56,554 nt of DNA from Bacteroidota bacterium. Its GTDB lineage: Bacteria > Bacteroidota > Bacteroidia > Palsa-965. Location: the NCBI GenBank assembly GCA_046046005.1, contig JBJOKQ010000002.1:1-56554 (forward strand), written 5' to 3'. Within the stretch, counting starts at the first letter, position 1. Each line of letters opens with the position of its first letter. A program made the position numbers and the translations under genes. This document shows positions 10,172 through 19,068 of this stretch, piece by piece. The notes beneath the pieces were generated by a model. The model was not told the DNA's origin and ran no database searches. It worked only from the letters and a program-made list of their open reading frames with translations.

Positions 10172-10297
10172 TCAACCGAGAGGACCGCGTGAGTAATCTT
10201 CCGCAAAGAGAGAGAAGAAGGCGATAGCACCGCTGATAGCCACGATCACTGAGGCGAGAGTGATCAGTGTGATTACGATTATTGTTTTTGTTTTCAT
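10172..10297 (-). CDS. Possible 41-aa single-TM micropeptide
   Basis: Hand translation gives MKTKTIIVITLITLASVIVAISGAIAFFSLFAEDYSRGPLG*. It is below the ORF-track cutoff. It lies 24 nt upstream of, and co-directional with, the 9698-10147 gene. The hydrophobic helix is plausible but there is no other support. Confidence 0.3.
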   Translation of the reverse strand: MKTKTIIVITLITLASVIVAISGAIAFFSLFAEDYSRGPLG

Positions 10298-10497
10298 GAA
10301 ATGAAATTCCTCAATAAACAACAGAATCAGCCTGTGTTTCGAAATTCTGACGGGAATTACCGAATAAGTGCAGATTGTAACTCAGATTACAAACCATTGC
10401 AACTCATGTTACACAAGACCGAAAACTGACAATGCTCATGTTGCAGCATCCTGGGTCTGCCGAATTTTGCTGTACAAAATCAAAAACACAGAAAGCG

Positions 10498-11919
10498 ATG
10501 AAAGTAGAACAGATTTATACAGGCTGTCTTGCAGAAGCGGCATACTATATCGAAAGTGAAGGAGAAGCTGCAATCATTGATCCGTTGCGCGAGGTGCAAC
10601 CGTATTTGGATCGTGCAGCAAAAGACAATGCTAAAATCAAGTATGTTTTTGAAACGCATTTTCATGCTGATTTCGTTTCGGGACACGTAGACCTTGCAGC
10701 TAAAACAGGAGCAACGATTGTTTACGGTCCTACTTCGATGGAAACGGGATTCAAATCTCACATTGCATCAGACAATGAGATATTCAAAATCGGGAAAGTA
10801 CAAGTGAAGTTGTTACACACACCCGGTCATACCATGGAAAGTTCATGTTTTCTTCTTATTGATGAAGAAGGAAAAGAGAAAGCGATTTTCACAGGAGACA
10901 CACTTTTCATTGGTGATGTAGGTCGCCCTGACCTTGCGCAAAAAGTAATTGCTGAAATGACGCAGGAGAAACTCGCTGCACATCTTTACGAATCACTTCG
11001 AAATAAAATCATGCCATTGAGTGATGACCTGATTGTTTATCCCGGACATGGAGCAGGAAGTGCGTGCGGAAAAAACATGAGCAAGGAAACAACGGATACG
11101 CTCGGTCATCAGAAGCAGGTGAATTATGCGTTGCGTGCTGATATGACGAAAGAAGAATTCATGAAAGAACTTCTGACAGGACTTACTCCGCCTCCGGGAT
11201 ATTTCCCTCAGAACGTAATCATGAACATCAAAGGCTACGATAGCTTTGACAATGTTTTGAAGCAAGGAACACGTGCACTTTCAGCAACGGAGTTTGAAGC
11301 TGCGGCGAATGAAACCAAGGCTGTAATTATTGACACACGTGATGCGCAGACATTTGCCAAAAGTTTCATTCCGAATTCGATTAACATAGGTGTAGACGGA
11401 AGTTTCGCTGTGTGGGCAGGAACTTTGATTCCGGATGTGAAGCAGGAAATACTTTTAGTGTGTGATCCGGGACGTGAAGAAGAAGCGGTTACAAGATTGT
11501 CGCGTGTAGGATATGACAACACACTGGGCTATTTAAAAGGCGGATACCAAAGCTGGATTGCTTCGGGCAAAGAAACCGACACGATCACTTCGGTAAGTGT
11601 TGAAGAAGTTGCGGAGAAAATGAAAAACGGAAATGTGAACATTCTCGACGTACGCAAAGCCAGTGAACATTTCAGCGAACATATTGTTGACGCCGAGAAT
11701 GCACCGTTGGATTATATCAACGAAAGTATGATGAAGGTAGATAAGAACAAAACGTACTACGTGCATTGCGCTGCTGGCTACCGTTCGATGATTTTCATTT
11801 CAATACTGCAAACGCGCGGATACAGAAATCTTATTGACGTGAAAGGTGGATTTTCAGCAATGAAAAAATCGGGGCTGTACAAAGTGACGGATTACGTTTG
11901 TCCGACAACGATGTTGTAA
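10498..11919 (+). CDS. MBL-fold metallo-hydrolase fused to two rhodanese domains (persulfide-dioxygenase-like)
   Basis: The ORF is trimmed to ATG 10498 (MKVEQIYTGCLAEAAYYIE). The metal motif is ETHFHADFVSGH, followed later by HTPGHT. The C-terminal half has two rhodanese-like units, and the last one carries the active-site loop YYVHCAAGYRS. Confidence 0.85.
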   Translation: MKVEQIYTGCLAEAAYYIESEGEAAIIDPLREVQPYLDRAAKDNAKIKYVFETHFHADFVSGHVDLAAKTGATIVYGPTSMETGFKSHIASDNEIFKIGKVQVKLLHTPGHTMESSCFLLIDEEGKEKAIFTGDTLFIGDVGRPDLAQKVIAEMTQEKLAAHLYESLRNKIMPLSDDLIVYPGHGAGSACGKNMSKETTDTLGHQKQVNYALRADMTKEEFMKELLTGLTPPPGYFPQNVIMNIKGYDSFDNVLKQGTRALSATEFEAAANETKAVIIDTRDAQTFAKSFIPNSINIGVDGSFAVWAGTLIPDVKQEILLVCDPGREEEAVTRLSRVGYDNTLGYLKGGYQSWIASGKETDTITSVSVEEVAEKMKNGNVNILDVRKASEHFSEHIVDAENAPLDYINESMMKVDKNKTYYVHCAAGYRSMIFISILQTRGYRNLIDVKGGFSAMKKSGLYKVTDYVCPTTML

Positions 11920-11933
11920 TCGCAACGATCACA

Positions 11934-11973
11934 AATAAAAAAGCCATCCTCAATTAAGGGATGGCTTTTTTGT
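11934..11973. terminator. Bidirectional rho-independent terminator
   Basis: The stem AAGCCATCC (11941-11949) pairs with GGATGGCTT (11959-11967). It is flanked by an A-run on the left and a T-run on the right. It sits between convergent genes ending at 11919 (+) and 11990 (-). Confidence 0.8.
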
Positions 11974-11989
11974 TAAACCAGTTTTTGAA

Positions 11990-12820
11990 TTACTGAATAA
12001 CGAGTTTGTGTACGTTTGTAGAGAAACCATTGCTGATAACGATGTTGTATACACCAGCAGCATAGTTCATTGTGTTGAAGTTAACGTAATTGTTGGTTAC
12101 CTGCTTCATATCCTGAGTAGCAACAACACGGCCTGACATATCAGTGATAGCAATATTCATATCCATTGCAGTTGGCAAAGTGAACGCAATGTTCACGAAG
12201 TGGTCAGGATTGTTAACAGTGATTGCAACTCCTTCAGTAAGATCGTACTCAGTATAACCGATAGCACCACCAACCCAAATAGTGATGTCATCAACGAGTG
12301 AGTTGTAAGCGTTAGTGCCTGTACCGGTTTCGTGACCATAAAACTCGATATCGTGCGCTCCAGCTGCGAGAGCAGGGATTGTAGTAACAACCGGTGTGTA
12401 AGCCGATCCATACAACACACTATCAACACCTGTTGAGTACCACAACTGATTACCGTCAACTGACATTGTTGTAGAATCAGCTGTTACACCTGAAGTAATA
12501 GGCAGGTAGTACATGAAACGTACAATAGCTGCACCTGCACTAGCTGTAGTGAAAGATTGTGTAAGCGTACCGATTTCGTCAGCACCACCTGCACCACCGA
12601 ACCATGCATACCAAGTTCCAGTAGCGGGAGCACAAGGACCACCGCAAGTGCCGCATGAACCTGCGTCACACAATACAGTTCCGAAGTTAGTAGAAGTAGA
12701 AGCCCAATCAGTTCCGCCGCCGCCTGAAACTTCGAGGCTTGTGTCAGCGAGAACCTGAGTTTGTGCATTCAATCCGGCAAAAGACAATGCCGTGAACATT
12801 GAGAGTAAAAGTTTTTTCAT
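11990..12820 (-). CDS. Hypothetical T9SS-secreted protein
   Basis: The signal peptide is MKKLLLSMFTALSFAGLNAQ. A Cys/Gly-rich segment reads CDAGSCGTCGGPCAP. The C-terminal ~80 aa (VNIAFTL...YNIVISNGFSTNVHKLVIQ) looks like a type-A CTD. Confidence 0.7.
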   Translation of the reverse strand: MKKLLLSMFTALSFAGLNAQTQVLADTSLEVSGGGGTDWASTSTNFGTVLCDAGSCGTCGGPCAPATGTWYAWFGGAGGADEIGTLTQSFTTASAGAAIVRFMYYLPITSGVTADSTTMSVDGNQLWYSTGVDSVLYGSAYTPVVTTIPALAAGAHDIEFYGHETGTGTNAYNSLVDDITIWVGGAIGYTEYDLTEGVAITVNNPDHFVNIAFTLPTAMDMNIAITDMSGRVVATQDMKQVTNNYVNFNTMNYAAGVYNIVISNGFSTNVHKLVIQ

Positions 12821-13093
12821 TTTTTGATGTGTTAAGTTTGACGCAAAAGTAAGTGTTTGCCATTGACTGCGTCTGTGCCAGGTGGAAAAATGAATAACAT
12901 ATTGTTGTTCAGATCGTAAGTAATTAAATAATCGGGAAAGCTTCTGTTTGATTTCGGCGTCAATAAGGTCGAAAACTGATAGATGTTTGATTGATTTCGG
13001 GAATTTGAAGGAATAAGATAAACGAAGCAGGAGTTACGTTTGGAGAGTAATTGGGGAAGAAGGTGCGAGAAAATTGGTCGCACTTTTAATTAA

Positions 13094-13117
13094 GTACAAT
13101 GGTTTAAACCATTGTAC
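13094..13117. promoter_or_regulatory. 24-bp perfect palindrome GTACAATGGTTTAAACCATTGTAC, copy 1 (28 bp palindromic with flanks)
   Basis: Read directly from the sequence. It equals its own reverse complement. Confidence 0.9.
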
Positions 13118-13209
13118 TTCGGGTTCAAGGAGTGGCGAAAATTACTGAATAAGCAAAAAAAGAATTCCTAAGATTCCTGCCTCCCCATGAAAATCATCGA
13201 ATTTGACGT

Positions 13210-13233
13210 GTACAATGGTTTAAACCATTGTAC
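13210..13233. promoter_or_regulatory. 24-bp perfect palindrome GTACAATGGTTTAAACCATTGTAC, copy 2 (26 bp palindromic with flanks)
   Basis: It is identical to copy 1 and lies 116 bp away centre to centre. It is 125 bp upstream of ATG 13358. Confidence 0.9.
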
Positions 13234-13357
13234 ATATCCCAAACAACAACATCAACCCCAACCCTTCTTCCTACCTCAACTTATCATTCCAAAACTTTAT
13301 CCGTTTGCTCCCGACTAGCGCCAAACCTTTTTTATTTCTTTGCCGCACTTTAAAAAA

Positions 13358-16222
13358 ATGAAATTCTGCATCGTCATATTTTCATTACTGTGCTCAGGAT
13401 TAAAACTGTTTGCACAACAGGACTCCATTGCCGATCCACTCCAGAGCTACATCCTCTCACTGCACAACAAAGTCACAACCGAAAATAAAATCGTCGGCGA
13501 AATGGATCCCGACAGCGCTGCGAACCTTCCATTCGGAATTGTAAAAGAAATAGGCACTACGCGTTACATCATCTGCATTGATTCCGCTGAATACAGAAAC
13601 AACAGCGCTTCCATGTCAGCGTACATGGCAATGGAATTCCCCGGATCACAACAAATGCTCTGCTTCTCCGCTCAAAACATCGCGTTCAATCCGCGTGGTG
13701 TTATGCCCGGACCGAACACCAAACTTGTATTGGTGAGCGAGCATCGAATTGCGCTCGGACCGAAAATCACAATGGTGCTCAAACCGGATGGTTTCAATTA
13801 TGTGGAATGGGACTGCAATGGCTTCACTGCAGTAAACCTCAAAGGATATTTCGAATTTGACCCGGGAATGATCTATCCTGATCCCGACAACATTCAACCT
13901 GATTCCGTCGTGCGCGCCTCGTTTCAAATTCACACCAACGACATCCACAACATGGTGGTACAGGCTTCAGTCGAGCCATTCTGTGTTCGCGGACTTGAAG
14001 GACTAACCTTTTCTGCCCTGGATGCCACTGCCGACTTCAGCGAAATATCCAACGCACCGAACATGGTTTTCCCCAATGGATACAGCCTCGCACCGTACAA
14101 TGGCATTCCGCAAATGTGGACAGGCTTCTACATGCGCAACTTCACCGTGAAACTTCCGCAGGAAATGGCCCGCAATGGTCAGCGTCCTGTTATCATGGCA
14201 ACCAATTTGCTCATCGATCAATCAGGTGTTTCAGGATTATTCTCAGCAACCAATCTGTTCAACACTAATCAAGGCAGCATGAGCGGCTGGGGATTTTCCG
14301 TGACAACAATCGGAGTGAACATAGTTTCAAATCATCTGAACGGCGCCAGCGCAGCCGGATATGTGAAATTGCCTGTCAGCGAAAATGATTCTCTCGCCTA
14401 TGCCTGCGTTCTTACACAGAATCTTCAAACCGGAAAACTGGATTACGCATTTGCCATCACGCCGGCATCAAACATCGAAGCAAATGTCATTGGAGGAAAA
14501 CTTACGTTGTACAACACAACAACTATTGCGGTGACAAAACAGAACGGGAAATTGCGACCGCAAGCAAATATCAACGGCAAATTTTCACTCACCAACAGCA
14601 ATGCAAGAATCACCAATCTGGAATTTCAGAATATGGTGATCGTTACCGAAGCTCCTTTGCTGCGCAGTGCCACATTTGCTCTTGTTCCGGAAAATCCAGA
14701 CAGTAATAAACTCGCCGGTTTTCAATTCACGATAAGTGGTGTTCAGGTTGGAGCGCTCAATAATGAAAGTGCAATCTCATTCACTGCCGGCGTGAATTTT
14801 TCAGATGGCAATGCGCTTTCCATTGGAGCTGCAGCTGGATTCGTTATAAAAACAGTTACCGCAACAGTTGCCAATCCGGCAGAAGGCGCAGGTGCTACGA
14901 AACCGAAAATGATTTTCGATGGTGTAAGCATCAACAGCATTTCTCTTGCATTTAATAGCGGACCATTTGATCTGAACGGCACAATACTTTTTCGCGATAA
15001 CGATCCCGTTTACGGAAAAGGATTCTATGGTAATATTCAATTCACCATCGACAAAGTCATGTCCGCTCCTGCTGTAGCAAGCGTGTGGTTCGGTCGTGTA
15101 AACGGCATGCGCTATTTCTACGTTGATGCTGCCGTACCGATAACCGTTCCTGTTGGAACCAATATGGCGATCTATCGTTTCATGGGCGGAATTTATTATC
15201 ACATGTCGCGACAGTCGAATCAATCCTTCGAAAGTCAATTGTACACCAGCGTATTCGGAAATGCACAACAGTATGTTCCTGACGCAAACACAGGTCTTGG
15301 CGTAAAGGCCGGCGTAACTTTAGGTTCTTATCCTTCCGAACGACCGGTGAACGGTGATGTTGCGCTCGAGATCGCATTCAACAGCAACGGGGGAATGAGT
15401 TACATCAACTTTACGGGTAATGTATTCTTCATGACCGCAATCAATCAGCGCTTATCAGTCAATCCGAACACAGTTCCGATTGTTGCATCAATGGTAATGC
15501 AATATGATTTCCAAAACGATGCATTGCATGCTGCATTAGGTGCACAGGTTCATCTTCCCGGTGTAAACGGAAACGGAATGGCAACGTTCCATTTCGAACC
15601 CGGATTATGGTATATACACATCGGTCGTCCGCAACAACGCATCAACATCAGCGTTTACAACATCGGAAACTTTACCGCGTACTTCGAAACCGGTCAACAG
15701 ATCGATCCAATGCCTGCGCCGCCGCCGCAGGTAACTTCAGTAGTGAACATGAACGGACTGTACGATCAACGCGATGAGAACGCGCTGAACGCCGGTTCAG
15801 GTGTTGCATTCGGAGCCGCATTCAGTTGCGGTATGGGTGGACAGTTCACGATTGGAGATTTCGGAATCTACTACAATGTAGCCGCTGGTGCAGGATTCGA
15901 TATCATGGTGCTCAATTACGGACCGAATGCACATTGCCAGAATTCAACTTCAGTTGTCGGCATCAATGGTTGGTATGCAACCGGTCAACTTTATGCCTAT
16001 CTGCAAGGCGCTGTTGGAATTACAGGTGAAGTTTCCAATCAAACTTTCAATGTTACAATTCTCAATATTTCCGCTGCCGCAATCCTACAGGCGCGTTTGC
16101 CTAATCCTGCGTGGGTCGGAGGTTCAATCGGATGCGACTATGACATTCTCGGCGGACTCGTAAGTGGTCACGTTGATTGCAGCTTCCAGGCCGGTAATCA
16201 ATGTACAATCGTTCAGCAATAA
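13358..16222 (+). CDS. Large hypothetical exported protein (954 aa) that is beta-rich and has no T9SS CTD
   Basis: The ORF is trimmed to ATG 13358: MKFCIVIFSLLCSGLKLFAQQ (signal peptide). The C-terminal third is rich in Gly/Ala/aromatic alternating strands, for example GVAFGAAFSCGMGGQFTIGDFGIYYNVAAGAGFDIMVLNYG. I recognise no family signature. Confidence 0.8.
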   Translation: MKFCIVIFSLLCSGLKLFAQQDSIADPLQSYILSLHNKVTTENKIVGEMDPDSAANLPFGIVKEIGTTRYIICIDSAEYRNNSASMSAYMAMEFPGSQQMLCFSAQNIAFNPRGVMPGPNTKLVLVSEHRIALGPKITMVLKPDGFNYVEWDCNGFTAVNLKGYFEFDPGMIYPDPDNIQPDSVVRASFQIHTNDIHNMVVQASVEPFCVRGLEGLTFSALDATADFSEISNAPNMVFPNGYSLAPYNGIPQMWTGFYMRNFTVKLPQEMARNGQRPVIMATNLLIDQSGVSGLFSATNLFNTNQGSMSGWGFSVTTIGVNIVSNHLNGASAAGYVKLPVSENDSLAYACVLTQNLQTGKLDYAFAITPASNIEANVIGGKLTLYNTTTIAVTKQNGKLRPQANINGKFSLTNSNARITNLEFQNMVIVTEAPLLRSATFALVPENPDSNKLAGFQFTISGVQVGALNNESAISFTAGVNFSDGNALSIGAAAGFVIKTVTATVANPAEGAGATKPKMIFDGVSINSISLAFNSGPFDLNGTILFRDNDPVYGKGFYGNIQFTIDKVMSAPAVASVWFGRVNGMRYFYVDAAVPITVPVGTNMAIYRFMGGIYYHMSRQSNQSFESQLYTSVFGNAQQYVPDANTGLGVKAGVTLGSYPSERPVNGDVALEIAFNSNGGMSYINFTGNVFFMTAINQRLSVNPNTVPIVASMVMQYDFQNDALHAALGAQVHLPGVNGNGMATFHFEPGLWYIHIGRPQQRINISVYNIGNFTAYFETGQQIDPMPAPPPQVTSVVNMNGLYDQRDENALNAGSGVAFGAAFSCGMGGQFTIGDFGIYYNVAAGAGFDIMVLNYGPNAHCQNSTSVVGINGWYATGQLYAYLQGAVGITGEVSNQTFNVTILNISAAAILQARLPNPAWVGGSIGCDYDILGGLVSGHVDCSFQAGNQCTIVQQ

Positions 16223-16229
16223 TTTACTG

Positions 16230-18308
16230 ATGAACAGATCCGTGATTTTATCATTCCGCGTATTGCTCACAATTGTGTTGATCTCGTTTGTCAGCGAATC
16301 AATGGCACAAACCGGCACGGCTATTTTTGCACGCGCATTTCACGCAGGAGATTCGGTACTGTTGCGATGGATTCCTTCCGATTACAAAAACTGGCAATAC
16401 GGAAATACAGTCGGATACAAAATCACACGTTTCAATCTCGATGAATATTTCGAAACGACTGATCCGAACTCGTCAGGACGCGGTGTTGTAATTGCAGATA
16501 AAATAATTCCGCTTGCTAAAACGGATTCGACATGGACGCGTCTACAGAAAACAATTCCGTCTTCGGCCTTCGTATTCTCCGGTATCCACACTAAGGCAAA
16601 ACCTCAATCCGATCCGAAGAAAAAAGCACAAAGCGAAAATATTTCATTTGGCTTTGCGATGAAAGTCTGCGACGACGAACCTTCAGTTGCTAAAGCCTCG
16701 GGGTTATTCTTCGTAGATAAATCCACAAGAAAGGGCGAACAGTACATCTATCGAATCGAATTTGTTACACCGCGCAGTGATTTGCAAAAAGGATATGAAG
16801 CTGTTGTCAGCGCCGACGAAAAATCTTCCATACTGAAAGCAGTAACCAAGCCAACTGTGCAATTTCGAAATCGAAAGATGAGACTGATCTTTGATGTTTC
16901 ATCAACACACGAATCTTACTCCGGATATATCGTCGAGCGATCTGAAGACGGAAAATCATTTAGCAGAATCAACAAGCAACTTGTTTCCTTCACAAGATCA
17001 CAATTCGAAACACAAAAGAATGAATTGACTTTCGAAGATTCGCTTCCGCAGAACGGCAAAATGTATTGGTACAGAATCAAAGGTTATTCTTACTTCGGGA
17101 TGGAAGGCCCCGCATCTGAAATTGTAAATGGTTCGGGTCGTGAAGATTGGAATTGCTATCCTGTTGCTGACAGCGCATGGTCGGCTGATAACAAAACCGT
17201 TCGCATCAATTGGTCTTGGCCGTATATTCAAAACACCGAATTCAAAAACAATTTGAAATGTTTTGTTCTGCTCAGAAGTGCAAAAGTGAGCGGACCGTAT
17301 GTTTTACTTGCAACGAACTCAGGAGCTTCTGAAAATGGAAACTTCATTGATACATCCGCAGGTTTTTCGAATTACTATCAGATCATTGCCATCAGTGTTA
17401 ACAACGACAGCGCAGCAACTTTCCCGTTTATGGTTCAGTTGCAGGATAACACGCCTCCGGCCGCACCCGAAAATGTCATTGGGAAAATTGACACCAATGG
17501 TCGCGTGACATTGCAATGGAATGCGGTAAAAGACGACGCTCTGAAAGGTTATCGTGTATTCCGATGCAATTCTCTTCGTGAAGAGTTTGTCGAAATTTCC
17601 GACTCCGTGATCACTACAACTACATTTACAGATTCTGTTACTCTGAACACACTCACGCGTGATGTATACTACTCCATACGAGCTGTTGACCACGTCTGGA
17701 ACAATTCTGATTTTTCAAAACCCGCGAAGCTCGCGCGTCCCGACAAAATTGCTCCGGTGAAACCTGTAATGCGTTCTGTTTATCATTCTGATTCAACAAT
17801 CACGATCGCTTGGTATAGTAGCACCAGTTCCGATGTAGAAGGACATATTTTGTACCGCTCTTCTCAGGGTAAACAGACAGAATTGCTGCGGTGGACATCG
17901 CGCGATACACACAGTGTATATATTGACACGTCTGCAATTCCAGGAATGAAATACACGTATACGATTGAAGTATTTGACAGCACGGGGAATAAATCAGAAT
18001 TGATCTTTCCGGAATATGTTCTCGCTTCACGCGTAAGAAAACCCGTTTCAAATTTTCAGGCAACTGCCAATCTCGAAAAGAAAATTGTAACGCTGCAATG
18101 GGATTTACCTCAACAACCTGTTGATCGCTTCATCATTTACAAATCAAAAGAAGGTGAAGCATTGCGATCGATGAAAACGCTGAATGGCTCAACCAACTCC
18201 TACGTGGATGTGCAGCCGCATCCAGGCAACATATATGTGTACGCGATTCGTGCCATCATGAAAGACGGAGGAGAAACGAAGATGGTATTCGTCAAAGTTG
18301 CATATTGA
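16230..18308 (+). CDS. Hypothetical exported protein built from about 6-7 fibronectin-type-III-like modules
   Basis: ATG 16230 lies 7 nt after the upstream stop. The signal peptide is MNRSVILSFRVLLTIVLISFVSESMAQ. There are repeated modules of roughly 95 aa with Fn3-like strands (RVTLQWNAVKDDALKGYRVFR, TITIAWYSSTSSDVEGHILYR, VTLQWDLPQQPVDRFIIYK). There is no T9SS CTD. Confidence 0.8.
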   Translation: MNRSVILSFRVLLTIVLISFVSESMAQTGTAIFARAFHAGDSVLLRWIPSDYKNWQYGNTVGYKITRFNLDEYFETTDPNSSGRGVVIADKIIPLAKTDSTWTRLQKTIPSSAFVFSGIHTKAKPQSDPKKKAQSENISFGFAMKVCDDEPSVAKASGLFFVDKSTRKGEQYIYRIEFVTPRSDLQKGYEAVVSADEKSSILKAVTKPTVQFRNRKMRLIFDVSSTHESYSGYIVERSEDGKSFSRINKQLVSFTRSQFETQKNELTFEDSLPQNGKMYWYRIKGYSYFGMEGPASEIVNGSGREDWNCYPVADSAWSADNKTVRINWSWPYIQNTEFKNNLKCFVLLRSAKVSGPYVLLATNSGASENGNFIDTSAGFSNYYQIIAISVNNDSAATFPFMVQLQDNTPPAAPENVIGKIDTNGRVTLQWNAVKDDALKGYRVFRCNSLREEFVEISDSVITTTTFTDSVTLNTLTRDVYYSIRAVDHVWNNSDFSKPAKLARPDKIAPVKPVMRSVYHSDSTITIAWYSSTSSDVEGHILYRSSQGKQTELLRWTSRDTHSVYIDTSAIPGMKYTYTIEVFDSTGNKSELIFPEYVLASRVRKPVSNFQATANLEKKIVTLQWDLPQQPVDRFIIYKSKEGEALRSMKTLNGSTNSYVDVQPHPGNIYVYAIRAIMKDGGETKMVFVKVAY

Positions 18309-18348
18309 TTTTTCATTCCCGTTTGCGTTGATATACTAACTTCGCTTT

Positions 18349-19014
18349 GTGGAATCACGCGTGCACAAACCCATCTACCTCATCCCCGGCATCGGTGCAG
18401 ATTATCGGATCTACAGCAAAATTAATTTGCCCGGTTACGATGTGCATCATGTGGCCTGGGTGAAGCCACTCAAAGATGAAACCATTGAAGATTATGCAAA
18501 GCGCATTTCTTCTCAAGTGAAGCATGAAGCACCTGTTTTCATCGGACTTTCATTCGGCGGATTGATTGCTGCAGAATTTCACAAATTATTCCCGGGCTCG
18601 CGTTTCATTCTTATCTCAACAATTGCATCACGCCGGGAACTTCCGTGGTATGCAAAACTCGGCGCAGCAATCGGATTGAACCATTGGATTCACAAACGCT
18701 GGTTCAAGAGATCAAACGCGATAATTCGCTGGATATTTTCAGTTCGCTATGGAGAAACACGTAAACTTTTCGACGCGATTCTTGCTGATGCAGATGCCGA
18801 CTTCCTGGTTTGGGCATTCGATGAACTCCTGCACTGGAAAGGAAACGGTCACGCACGACTCCATCATATTCACGGAAACAAAGACCGGCTCATTCCTGCA
18901 GGAACAGTTTCTGCGGATATCATCATCAACGGAGGCTCTCATATGATGGTTGTGGATGAAGGCGAACAGATTTCAGAAATACTTCTGCGAATTCTGCGCG
19001 AAAACGCATTTTAA
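18349..19014 (+). CDS. Alpha/beta hydrolase
   Basis: The nucleophile elbow is GLSFGG, and a C-terminal GGSHMM histidine region is present. The start is uncertain: GTG at 18349 or GTG at 18361, with no nearby ATG. Confidence 0.75.
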   Translation: MESRVHKPIYLIPGIGADYRIYSKINLPGYDVHHVAWVKPLKDETIEDYAKRISSQVKHEAPVFIGLSFGGLIAAEFHKLFPGSRFILISTIASRRELPWYAKLGAAIGLNHWIHKRWFKRSNAIIRWIFSVRYGETRKLFDAILADADADFLVWAFDELLHWKGNGHARLHHIHGNKDRLIPAGTVSADIIINGGSHMMVVDEGEQISEILLRILRENAF

Positions 19015-19068
19015 CAAAAGTGTCGTTTATCTGTATTTACATATATTTGCATCACTAACCTTTATGTC

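Noticed and set aside
10376-10413. TGTAAC...GTTACA 6-bp inverted repeat and GTAACTCA/GCAACTCA direct repeats upstream of the MBL-rhodanese gene
   Set aside because: The arms are too short to be statistically meaningful and no regulator is adjacent.
12832-13083. 83-aa minus-strand ORF in the long intergenic region
   Set aside because: The sequence (MRPIFSHLLPQLLSKRNSCFVYLIPSNSRNQSN...) looks like translated non-coding DNA. It lies in the C-poor leader region upstream of the 11990-12820 gene.
13088-13110. TTAATTAA (PacI) immediately followed by a palindrome centred on GTTTAAAC (PmeI), which could suggest an engineered cassette
   Set aside because: There are no vector, marker or scar sequences anywhere nearby. 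The second palindrome copy lacks the PacI site. AT-rich 8-mers inside a natural AT-rich palindrome are a plausible coincidence.
14801-15268. 155-aa minus-strand ORF
   Set aside because: It is antisense within the 954-aa exported-protein gene and has no motif. I treat it as a shadow ORF.
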